From Lingula anatina (lineage: Eukaryota; Animalia; Brachiopoda), in contig CM120641.1 in the NCBI GenBank assembly GCA_051362555.1, positions 24,930,401 through 24,994,400 of the forward strand: DNA of 64,000 nucleotides. Reading direction: 5' to 3'. Position numbers and translations under genes: made by a program. Below, piece after piece: positions 1 to 19,300 of this stretch. Under the pieces are notes generated by a model. That model saw nothing but the letters and a program-made list of their open reading frames with translations, had not been told where the DNA came from and ran no database searches. The stretch's first letter is position 1. Each line of letters opens with the position of its first letter.

Positions 1-360
1 GGCATACATAACAAAGACAGTAATTGAGCTGCTGAATTTTGATAAAACCAAACAGAGCAAACTGGAAGGGGGACCATCAGAGTTCATGTATATGTGAATA
101 TTGATCTCTGTTCAGAGAGTACATTGTCCTTAGCAACAGTTTTCAATTATTTGATTCTGAGCACTTTTGTAATTCTATAAACTGTACAGAAGCTGAAGCT
201 AGAATTAAGTAGGACACTTGCTGGCATACACAACACTGTCTGTACTGTCCACTGACACTGCTCATGAGGAGGTGTGTCCACATCTTGTCACAACTGGAAT
301 GGCATTGGATTCCATAAGACTTCCACATCAATTTCAATAAAATAGGGCCTGCTGCAAACC

Positions 361-7360
<7,000 letters not shown>

Positions 7361-8353
7361 TTACCCTGTTCCCGGGTGTTTACAATGTGCTTTTTCCCAC
7401 AATGCACTTCGCGCCACCAGGTGGCTTGTGATAACATACACAAACCGACGGCATGGTTCGCCAAACCCATCCAAGATTAAGTACTACGTCACAGAGGTCG
7501 GTTTTAATGTGTACAATTTGCATGAACCCTACCCTCCTGACCCTCGCAGTAATAATTTGCAGTCTGCCGTTAAGCCATAGATAGTTGTGATTTAAATAAT
7601 TGCATGCAGAAAAGTAAATTCAAGCCAAAATAAACGTTTTATATAATTGTGATGCAGCGGCGTCTCAGTGCATTTTTTTTAAGAAAGGGGGGAAGCTGAC
7701 GTCCGGACGCACAGCCCTTAGGCCTATCGTAATATATCATTTGGAGCTTGAAAATTTTATTTATTAGTGCTCCTATCTTTCTTCGGGGGCGTCACCCCGT
7801 AAAATGTAGACCTTAGTTGTTGTTGTCGACCGATGCAACGCAAAATGCCTATGCATACAGAGTTAAAAATTTTAAAGAAACAATAGAAAAAGTAATAATA
7901 AAATGAATAATAAAAAAATATGCTATTGAAGCAATGATATACCATGCATGTTCCAAGTAAGACTTGGCAAGATTGGAATTTGATTGAGAGGCAAATATAT
8001 ATATATAGGCTATCAATCCGTTCTGTAACATTTTAATTACAAAAAGTAGCATGTTTTTATTTTGATAATTATCATGCCCTTAATCATGGGAATTTAAAAA
8101 AAACAAAGGAAAATAAAAACAAATAGAAATTAATTAAGAAGCAGAGTAGAATATAATAGAATAAGACAAAATGAAATGGAAATAATTTTATGATTCCTCA
8201 GTCCAGCACCAAAGTAAACTAGAAGGCTCTGGTTTTATTAAATGCGTTCCAGCACTTGTGTTCATTTTACGAAGTACATGCATTACATTCCACTTTATAA
8301 CATCTTTGATGTCCAACATTCTCTTAAAAAAAAACTTCTGATTTATTTATTGG

Positions 8354-8356
<3 letters not shown>

Positions 8357-8402
<46 letters not shown>
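8357..8402. repeat. (ATT)n microsatellite
   Basis: Pure ATT trinucleotide run between FoxK and tektin. Confidence 0.95.
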
Positions 8403-8440
8403 GGCCTATCATATTATCAATATTGCAAATTTGAAATTTC

Positions 8441-8649
8441 ATTGGTTAAGGGGTGCGGGCGTGTGTAATCCTAAAAGCAATCTACAACAGCCCTTGGACC
8501 AATAATACGAATTCGAATAATTTGTCCAAGAATAGCCAGAGTGAAGGTGGAAAAGGTGTTGCGCGACGCAATCATTGTTGTGGTAGGTGTGCGTGACGTC
8601 ATAGAATAGGACCATATCGACCTCGCGCTCCTTGGTGACGGTAAACAAA
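8441..8649 (+). promoter_or_regulatory. Tektin proximal promoter: CCAAT boxes, GC box, CRE, X-box-like site and forkhead motif
   Basis: ATTGG 8441, GGGTGCGGGCGTG ~8451, CCAAT ~8499, TGACGTCA 8594-8601, CGCTCCTTGGTGAC 8626-8639, GTAAACAAA 8641-8649. CpG-enriched stretch upstream of ATG 8801. Confidence 0.55.
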
Positions 8650-8800
8650 CTCGGCTTAATACACCTGGATTCAACCCACAACAGCACTACAATAGTTCGT
8701 GTTGTGCCGACAAGACATCTAAACGACAGAAAGAAGAGGAGCCATTTCAACGTGTGAGGTAGATATCTAGATACTAACTGTGACATTTAGAAACATTGTA

Positions 8801-11525
8801 ATGGAAGCACAGGTAGGATTAGCAAGCAGGGAGATGCCTCCCGAAAGGCCCACGGTTGTTACTGAAGTCAACCCGGTTCGTATGGAAACTACGTATACAG
8901 GCAATACAGGCAATGATCTTGGTATCGCGACCATGGGTTACAGAGCTGCTAAATACAACCCTCCCGAATGGCATGAAAGTAATTATGCTAAATATTACCA
9001 GTCGTTTGCCGATCGCGACAACGCAGAGAGAGTGAGGCACGAGGGAAAGAGAACGGACAAGGAGACGGAAGCGACCACGAACAGAACACAAAACGATGTT
9101 ACTAAGAAACTACAGGAACGTGTCCATGATATCAATTTTTGGAAATTTGAATTGAATCGTGAGATTCAGGACATCATTGCAGAGACTGATTTGATGCTTG
9201 CTCAAAAGAAGCGACTTGAAAATGCTTTGGCTGCCACAGAAATTCCTCTTCACATCTCCACGGACAACTTAAACGCCAGGCAGAGGCGCCAGACAATTGA
9301 TTTGGTTCAGGATGAAGTAGAACTGGCTTTACTTAAGGTAAGATAACATTTTAAATAATAATTTGTACAAGGATGTAATATGTATATCAATTATAATAAA
9401 GCGCTACCTATTTATTTCGTTTTTCTTAAGCCCATTCATTCATTCGGAATTCTACTTTTAATGAATGGATGGATGGGCTGATAAGAATCCTTACTTTTAT
9501 TTCTTTATGAATTTGTTTATAATTCCCTTGAATATAGTTGTTAAACTTTAGCAAATCATAGATGGGCCAGTTGTAGTATTATTTTGTTTAATAGTTTTTA
9601 AAATGACAAAGTTTTGAGCGTTACAGATTTCGTAAAAGCAGTTTCATTTTCCTTACAGGAAGTAGAAATCATAAACAATGTTCAAGATCTCCTTAGAAAG
9701 ACCATAACACAAGCGGAAAAACAAATAAGGTAAGTTAATTTCTCTGGGGAGACATTCCACCCATCATTTCAACAGATTTATGTGATAAACCAGAGGCTAA
9801 ATAATGAATCAATTTGCAATTTACTCAACTTAAAAGAGTAGAATCTTACCATTTATTTTCCACTTTCCAGTGCTAACCGTGATGCTAAGCAGAACCTAGA
9901 GATGGACTGGAGTGATAAATTGGAGGCCTTTCAGATTGACACGGCTAGTGGTGCCCTGAGGAACACACACACCCACAAACAATTCTATGCCGGCTCTGCC
10001 AAGTTTGAAGAAATGTAAGTCAAATGTATCAAATTCAGAAAAAAAAAACATTGTATTTAGAATCAGAAAATAAATGTTAAATATTAAATGTGCATCACCA
10101 AATCTGTAGAATCAGAAATTAAATGCCAATGTGTATCACCAAGTCTGTTTTAATCTAGTATGTTAAACAGGTATATTCTTGATTAATAAATTACCCTGTC
10201 ATATGTTACAGTCAGTCAACCCCTGAATCTTGGGCCCAGTTCACCCATGACAACATTGTGCGTGCTGAGCATGAGCGCATGGCTTCTATCCAGTTGCGCA
10301 CACTGATTGATAACGTGCTCCAGGACACATCCAGAGACATGCGGGAGCAATCTGACACTGTGGACGTGGCCTTCCAGAAGAGAATCCAAGAAATGCAGGA
10401 TGCCAAACAGAAGATGGAAGAAAATCTGAGCAAGGTAAGTGATTTCCTTAATTTCATAAGTTTTTGTAGGTTCTGTATCTATTATTTTTTTTAATAAAAT
10501 AGTTATTACACTTTCCTTGTCCATCTTGAATAGAAAGTTTCTTTTTCATCAACATGTTAATCTTTATATCTTTATTATTATAGTTTAAATGTCAGGAGGT
10601 CACAGTCTAAAATAATAATAATAATAGTGAAATTAAAATAATAAGAGTAAAAGAAACACTGATAATGATATAGATAATACATCCTAAAAATAATCTTGAT
10701 GCAATATTGATGTCAATGTCTTTTGCTTTTTTCAGATTTGTGATGAGATTGCTCAGCAGGAGCGTAACATTGCTGCCATGAAGCAGGCTATTCGCAACAA
10801 GGAGAACCCAATGAAGGTTGCCCAGACCAGACTGAACAACAGGACCTTCAGACCTGGAGTGGAGCTTTGCAGAGATCCAGTGCAATACAAGTAAGAGCTT
10901 AACAACTGACCCAAGAAGAATAAAGAAAGAAAAGAAAAAAATTGGCTTTTGGCATCTTAATTTTAATTATCTTATTATTATTATTAATTTTTTTTTGTAA
11001 ATTAAATTGTTGTATAAAATATACCACTTTGAGATTGAGTAAATACCCCTAACCAAATAACAATCTACCTTCCCTAACAGAAATATAAATAAATAGCATG
11101 GTAAATAAGTATGCAACATAAACTTGATTTAGTTAACCACCTTGATAAGTCACACGGTAAACAAAGATTACTTTCCCTTGCTGAAAACATAGGTAACAAA
11201 CTAATGAAAGTAATTCAAAAATAAAAAAACAAATAAAGGAAGAAGTTTTAAAAAATCAAACTTAAATTAATTTCTAAAAATCATGAATCTTTTTCCCTGC
11301 TTCAGGCTTGTTGGTGAAGTTCAGGAAATTGCCCAGTCTGTGGATGCCCTAATGGAACAGCTGAATGCAGCAGAAAACTCGCTCAAGGATCTTCAAGACA
11401 ACAGGATGGCCCTGGAGAAAGAGATCTCCATCAAGGCTAATAGTTTGTTCATCGATAACGGGAAGTGTCTCACCGTACGCACACGCTACCCGTCCACACT
11501 CAAGTTGCAAGGATATCAAGAGTGA
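8801..11525 (+). CDS. TEKT4: Tektin-4 (tektin A1-type) ciliary microtubule inner protein, 6 exons, ~449 aa
   Basis: Exons 8801-9337, 9659-9729, 9871-10014, 10212-10434, 10736-10890, 11306-11525. GYRAAKYNPPEWHESNYAKYYQSFADRDNAERVRHE resembles tektin A1/TEKT4. Tektin signature RPGVELCRD, C-terminus RYPSTLKLQGYQ, AATAAA at 11990. Confidence 0.93.
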
Positions 11526-13321
11526 TTAGGACAAACTTGTAATAGACTGATCTGCATGAGTCAAAATTAAATTATCAAAAGAAACATTTTATCTCTCACA
11601 ATCATTTTATACAAAAAGATATTTTATATTAGAAACTGCCTGCTCAAACTATACTTTACAATACAAGGGCATAATAATAAACAGATGTCAGCTGAAGTAA
11701 AAGAAGTACCAGTGTTGAGAAGTCATTTGTCTAAAATCCATTGTTGCTAGTATTGATCCCTTTCTATTATTCATCACAAATTCTCTCTCTGTATTGACTA
11801 ATCTATTGGTGAATTAAGGTTTAGTACTTAAAAACTGTTCTCAAGATCAATGGAAGCTGGCACCAGCTTAACTAGGTGTTGCTTAAATTTAGTAAATCAC
11901 ATTTGTTGTAAATGTAAATACAATGGTTTCTTCACTGCTGCCTGAGAGCAGACAATGTACAGGTGTGATGTGATGTTCAGCATTTGCTCAATAAAGTGTA
12001 CATATAAATATGTAATCCTAGACTTTTTTAATTTATTATCAAGATTTATTTATTATTATTATTGTCTTTTGCCCATTTATCAGAATTAAATCTATTCTTA
12101 ACATAGTCCAAATCTAAAGAAGTTTAATTCAAGTTGTGGTAAGAACTTTTAAAAACCTTCCAGACACAGGATGTTGGAGGAAGGGGGTCAGAAATACCTG
12201 CAGACTAGCGAGTGCAATGCGGTAATGAATAGAAAGTGAAATTAATTACTTATGGACATCTTTATGGTTCTTTTCTTTCCAGTTCTGTCAAATTACCATC
12301 TACTGAAGAAAAGTATGAATTTACTATGCTTTGCATGTAACTTTTAAGACAACATTTTCAGCACATAGTTTCATCCTCATCACTTAACAGTAAACTCTAC
12401 CTCACTTGGATTTATGAATATTTCTTAGTCTCCTGAAATAACCCCCCTTTTTTGACAATTTTCATTTGGGTCTTGGAAGCAGCATCAAAAGATCCCACCT
12501 CCTCCCCAAGGTAAACAAAATAAGAACATAAAGGATATCAATTTATTCCTCAGGAAAGATTGCACAATCTTACTGCCAAATTATGTCTATCTACAATTCT
12601 ATAAAGTAACATCTTACAAACAATATAAATGTAAGATTCCTTCTCATTTGGATCAACTTCCTGACAACATTGTGACAAACTTGGGTCACACTAACCACAA
12701 ATGTGTCACAGAAATAGAAAAACATCAATGGATGGGTAAATCAATCTTCAAAGTGTAACAGAATAGCTTGCAGAACTGTTTGTAATCATTATCAACTTGA
12801 AATTTGTGTATCCCTTTATGGGGTGATAGATATATACTAAAAATATACATCTCTGTGGCATCTGGAATCTTAACACCATACCAGTGGACACTGTGATGCG
12901 TGGATGTATTAAAATACACCATAATGTCCAACATATAAAAGAACTTGCCATATTTCAATAAAAAGATGGCTTAAAAAATTTTTACATTTAGTCCTGGTCA
13001 TTTAAAACATCGGCATAGTTGTAACAGTAATTCACTTCCATTGTGCCATGTGCTGTTCTGACATTCTTTCAACAGAAAGTTTTCTTCCATTTCCTGAGGG
13101 AAGGACATTTTTAACCAAATATGTGAATACCACTAATCCTTATAAAAAAAGGGACTTCAATAAATCACCATGCCAAGCATTTTCACTATGTTTTGAATCT
13201 CCTCAATTGGCTCATGTTAGAAAGTTACCCTCCTTTTCCTGTGGGAAGGACTCTTTCACAGGCATGTGAACGCCACAAACCTTTTATAAAAAACAGTCAT
13301 AAACAGTCTGTCATATACACA

Positions 13322-16300
13322 TTAGTATCTTCTGACGTTGCCCCCACTGATGTTCCTGTAGGCATCGAACCTGTTGTCCTGGGAGCGGGTGGGAGCAAAA
13401 GCACCTGCATTCATCATTAGATTAGCTGCAGCCCCCAGGAACATGCTGGCCTGAGGGGTCTGGATAAGAGCTGGTTGACCCATACTGGACACTGGGATGG
13501 CTGTGGGCTGGGTGGCCATATGCTGCTGCTGTAACTGGGGAGTGGGCCACCTCTCCACTTGACGGTTTAACCCTTGGTCTGGGAGAACATTAGCTGGTGG
13601 CCAGGCAGTCTCCATTTTGGCTGTGCTGCGGTCACTTCCACTCCACTGGTTACGTCCACTGGATCCTCCGCCTACGCTAGACATGCCTGGAAAGACACAA
13701 AGCCCGATTTATTTGAGCATGCATTCATTGTAATCAGAAAATGCTTCTTGAGTCAGATTTCTATTTCAGGAGAAATACATGTACGACAATTAAAAGTATT
13801 ACAAAGATAACAAATACTAAACATTTTTTGAGAAACAAAGGATAGGTGCCCCTTTTCATGTGAGTAATTTCAAAAACTAAATCCTAAAATAGAATGCTTG
13901 CTGAAGCAACAGGTGTGAATTCAATAAAAGAGAGCCCCACTTAAAGGAAAGAATCCACTACACTTACGCAAACAACATCAACTACACTAGACTACGTCCC
14001 TCCTTACTATGAAGCTCCTGAAAGCACAGGACGGACATGAGATCACTCAAGCTTTATCGCCATTTCAGAGACACAATGTGCCAAGCAACATAAGTAGAGA
14101 AGATAAAATGCGTGCTTTCACAAGTAGTTCACTTAAGAAGAGAGAGAGTGACAGACAGAAAATTTTGTGAGCCTTTTTTCTATTGGCTAGCAAGGGGTAT
14201 TACCTTTGTCTTGCCGGTTAGGTTGCCTGTGGTTGGCTCTATAGGTGGAGGGAGCTGAGGAGCCGCCTACATTAGAGTAAAGGGTAGACTGCATCAAATC
14301 AAACCCCAACTACACATATATTCATATAAACAGCCATCCAATTCAACAATACACACATGCATATCTCTTGTCAAGCAGTGGGCAACAAAATAAAAATGCT
14401 GCACATGCACAAAATTAGACATTCTGATATTATAAACCCAAATTCAAATATTTATTTTCTTTTAATGAAACAAATAATTATTCTGTACCCATTGGTCCAC
14501 CTGTTGCTGACTTGCTGCGGTTGTCGGACATTCCACTGCCTCCGTGCCACCCATCACGACCACCACGCTGTTCTCCATAACCCCCACGATCTCCGCCTCG
14601 CTGGTCTATAATAAAATATCATAATATTACACCTCCAGCCTTGTTTTCCTACAACACTTATTAACATCCACTCTTAAAACACTGGCTATCACTACTTTGA
14701 ATTAGTCAAGTTGGAACAGCTCTTCACTTCGTATTCATTTTGTACAGTATCAGATTGATTGGGGTCCATTAACACAGTACCTTACAATCTCAGCATTTTA
14801 TTACTACACTTTTTTTAATCCACATACAAGTAACTGGCCAATCCTTTTCCCTTCCCTCACCCAACATGCCACCTAGACAAAATTCAGTCTCCATATGACT
14901 TACCTGTATCTTGGTACCTATCCCTATGACTGTCCTGCACTCCTCGCCTCTCCTGCTGCTGTATGGCCCCTCTCTCAGACTTCCACTCAGCTCTGGTGTC
15001 CTGCCTATGAACGGGAGAGCCCCGTACCGGCGCACCACGGGCTGAATCTCTGGACGGTCTGTCTCTGCTGGCATGCAGACCTCCACGCTCTTGTACAGGT
15101 TCTCGCCCTCGTGCTGGAGGTGCATCCCGATTGCTTGGTTGGGAGTCCCTGCGTTCATGGCCAGATCCACCACGGTCTGGGTATCTACTGGAAAATGAGG
15201 ACAATTTTACAATTCTCTTTTACTAGGTTAAATATACCTGTCCAAAGAACATCATCATCTAGTAATCAAGGGAACTCAAAGGAAATTCAAATGCAATTAT
15301 AATTTCTGCAGTACCTGTCAAACCTATCGTCAGGTCGGCTCCTTTCTTCCACCCTTCTTTCATCTCTATCTCTACCAGAGGGTGCTACCTCTCTCCTAGC
15401 CACTACTTCCCTCCTAGGTTCTTCTCTCCTGGCATCTTCATAGCGACCAGCCGTTGCCATGGGAGCTCTGCCGGAAGCCTCATGGCGAGATGAGGGTGCT
15501 GCAGGCCTGGAGCTGTCCAAGGGGCGACCATCCCTTCTGTCATAGCGTTCCACACGTCTTGGGAATATTTCTGTTGGTGACTGGGCCTCTTCAAACCCAC
15601 TGCGGCCTCCACCAGGTGCAGCAATGGGACCCCCTCTGTCTCTGTGGTCAAAGTCCCCATACCTGGTAGGAGCAGGGAAGTTTCCCCCAGTGCGGGAGTC
15701 AAAACGCCCAGGGCCTGAGGGTGGTACCCCAGCTGTGGCTGGTGGAGGGTCATGGAGGGATGGCCTCTTGGAGTCCCAGTGAGGAGGGTCATCACGGTTA
15801 GCTGGACCTCTTGGCTCAAAGGGTCTTTTGGGAGGTCTTCTATCATCTAACCTACTCAGCATATAAAATTAATGTTGTATGACAATACAAACTCCTTTAA
15901 ATTGAACTGACTAAATGAAAATGTACAGCAGTTAAATAAAAGAAAATAACCCGTTGAGACAAAAAATATCCAGTGAGAATAAAAGAGTCCATACCTTCTC
16001 TGTTCTAATAGCCGTCTTTCTCTCTCTCTTTCAAGACGTTCAAGTCTTTCACGCTCATGACGTTCTTGTTCCAGAAGCCTTAGTTGTTCTATTTTTTCTT
16101 TCTCTATTCTTTCGCGTTCCAACCTAAAGCAATGAAGTCAAAATTGATTTTGTTCAAGCTGAAAAGATACTGTTACAGTCATTTTACAATTAAAGTCATC
16201 CACAAGCAATTAGATCAAAATATATCTAGACATATAGTAACAATGTTTCTAAAGTCCTTGAATTTTTTTAAGCTCAAAGGTACTTTTTTCAAAAACATAT

Positions 16301-19300
16301 CTTTTAGGGCTTAATGCTGACAACCAAATCGACCAGCTCATGTTTTCAGTAATGAGGACAATATGAGCTCTTGCTTCAAAGATAAAGATAACATTAAAAG
16401 AGACCAGCTTTTCTTTTAAATGTATCCACATACCTCAGCTGCATTCTCTCCCTCTGAAGTCTCTCTGCTTCTTCTCTCTGCTTGCGTTCTACATCCCTCA
16501 TGCGATCTCTGTCCCTGGATGCCTGGATCCTTCTCCTCCTCTCTTCCTCCCTCAGAGCTCGTTCTCTCTGGCGCAAACGTTCACGCTCTCGTTCCTCCTG
16601 AATAAACCACAAAAAATCAATTGTAAGTTTTCATCCCGAATTAAATAATTTTCCTTCTCAAACACCTAACTACAAATGTGCTTAACATAAGAAAGAAGCT
16701 CAATTGGTATAACCTTGAGTTGAAAATATGAAATCCTGTTTTCAATGATAGCCTATATACTTGCTTTTATTCTTTCAAAAGACAGCAATTCATCCTTCTT
16801 TTTGCTTCCTTCTCTTCTACTCCTATTTGTGTCTTGACTCTTAGATCTAGTGCTGGATGTCTTCTTGTCATCACTTTTTTCGCCTTCCTTCTTCTCTGTC
16901 TCTACCTTCTCTTCTTTATCTTTTCCCTCTCCTTCAGTTTTCTTTTCCTCCTTCTCCTCTTTCTTTTCCTTGTCCCCTTCTGCTTTGGTTTCACTGCTGG
17001 TCTTATCTGCAAGAACAGGTGGGCAATTAAGGATAATCAGGTCATACACTAGATTCATATACAAAAAGACTAACTAACCATTCACCAAGAGTTGCATCTA
17101 AAGTTCCCCAGTGTTTCAATTATTTATGATGGCAAAAAAACTAAACAGCACAAGTGAAGTGGGTACACTAGCTGTCAGGGAAAGACGAGAGACTGGAGAG
17201 ATGAAAGGAATACCTGAGGACTTTCTCTTTGAAGTAGGGGTGGTATTGGAAGAGGAACGATGTGGTCCACTACGACTGTCTCTACGACTTCCTGGTCGAT
17301 GATGGTCACTGTCTCTTCTGTGATGATCATCTCGCTTGCGTTCGGTTCGCTTCTCATCCTTTTTCTCATCCTTCTTCTCTTCCTTTTTATCATCCTTTTC
17401 TTCTTTTTTATCCTCTTTCTTTTCTCCTTCTTTGTCCTCTGTCTTTTTCTCTTCCTTTTTGTCTGCAAAATGTCAATGATCGAAATGAAAACATCCACAA
17501 TATCTTAGTATCACTGGTTTCATAACCTTTTTTTAGAATTTAATGAAACTTTCAGTCATAAAATGTACCAAAGTGTCATTTCAGATCATCCTCTTTAATC
17601 TAAAAAAGGCATACCCCTTTCCTCTTTTTTTGGTTCAGTTCTTTTTTCATCTTTCTTTGAGTCTGTTTTCTTATCACTGACAGACCCTGTCCTGGATCTG
17701 CTACTAGAGGGGTTGGAAGGATCATTCTTTGCCTGAAAGGGAAGTAAAGCATAAAATGAAAAAAAAAATTTTGATCATCTGTAAAACAGGACTACTGCCT
17801 AATACCCTAAGGATTAGTTCAATACTGTTATACACCACTGATGCAGTGAGGTTATCTCCGCTAACAACACTGACAACACTACCGTCTCTACAAAAACACC
17901 TCTTCAGTGACATTTAATACAGGTTCTGAATAAGGTTCATTTCTATTTTTGCAAGTTCATTCCAGAGCAACTTCTTATCATATAAAACTGTATTCCATTG
18001 AAATATTGGTACTACACAAAGGGCAATTGATAACAAAACCTTCAGCATTCTCACCCTTTCTACAGAAATGATCTTCCCGTGCAATTCTGTCCTGTGTAAA
18101 TTATGGATGCACTTCAAGGCCTCGTCCACTGTTGACATGGTAACAAAACCAAAGCAGCGTGAGCCAGGACGACGGGCATTAGTGACAATCTTGGCACCAG
18201 CAACCTACAGTTTACAAGAAAGTTAACACGACTTAATCATTTTTATTCTTTGAATAATGTTCACTTAAACAATTTTCACAATGTTCATTTAAAGTACAAT
18301 ATTTATTTTTAGAACTGAGCAATATTGGTTGCTTGGATCATTATTTGGAATGATCTTGAGGACTAATCAAAAATTGAAAATATCTGACCTTAAAATAGCA
18401 ATGACCTAAAAATTGCAATGACAAGTTCCTTTGACGTAAGTTTTAAATGACAGAGCATAACTACAAAATCAATCCATTCTTTTTCTAAAGATCATATAAA
18501 GCTCAGGTTTTAATTAACAGTAGGATTGTCACCAGTTGACTGGCAAAGCCTTGAAGGACGCACCTTTCCATGTTTGCTAAAAAGAGATTTCAGATCAGTA
18601 GCTTTGGTGGACTGGGACAGGCCACTGACCCACAGGTTCTTACTGCTACTACTGCTGCTGCGACTGTGAGACTCTGAGAATGATAAACAACATGTATAAT
18701 CATCAGTATCAGAGACTATGAAGATTATTAGGCATTCTGCAATCCACAATGCCTATTAATTAACTTAACAAACTTGTGGAGAACTTGGCAAAGGGAGCCC
18801 CTTTATCATAATAACATGTTTGGAGCTGTCAAAGTAGATCAGTCCAGTTCAGTGTACAATTTGATGTGAAATGCGCCTTGATAAAAAATTAGTACAAACT
18901 GTGTCTTAAACATATTACAGATATCATGGCAGCAAAGGGAAGTTCAACATAACATATTCTCTAGCCTGTCTTTATGCTCATGAACATCTCTCAGTACTGC
19001 TGAAAATGAGTTACATACTTGATGCTACTATTTGTTATCCTTTACCTTTTCGATCCTTGCCATCAGACTTTGTATCCTTAGAAGCAGCAGAAGAACTGTT
19101 AAAGAAAAGCAAAAATGAAAAAGTTAGTATTTATTATTGGTAACAGGTCTCACACATATTCCCATCCAAAATTCACAAGGGAGTTAGAGGCACCAAAAGG
19201 GCAAATAGTATTCCTGTAAAACACACACACACATACATACACACACACACACACACACAAACAGCTGTAGTAATAGTCATCCAGGGTTCTTGGGTGCTAG

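Noticed and set aside
7654-7812. GC-rich patch beginning CAGCGGCGTCTC that resembles a hAT MITE end
   Set aside because: No matching TIR or TSD could be identified.
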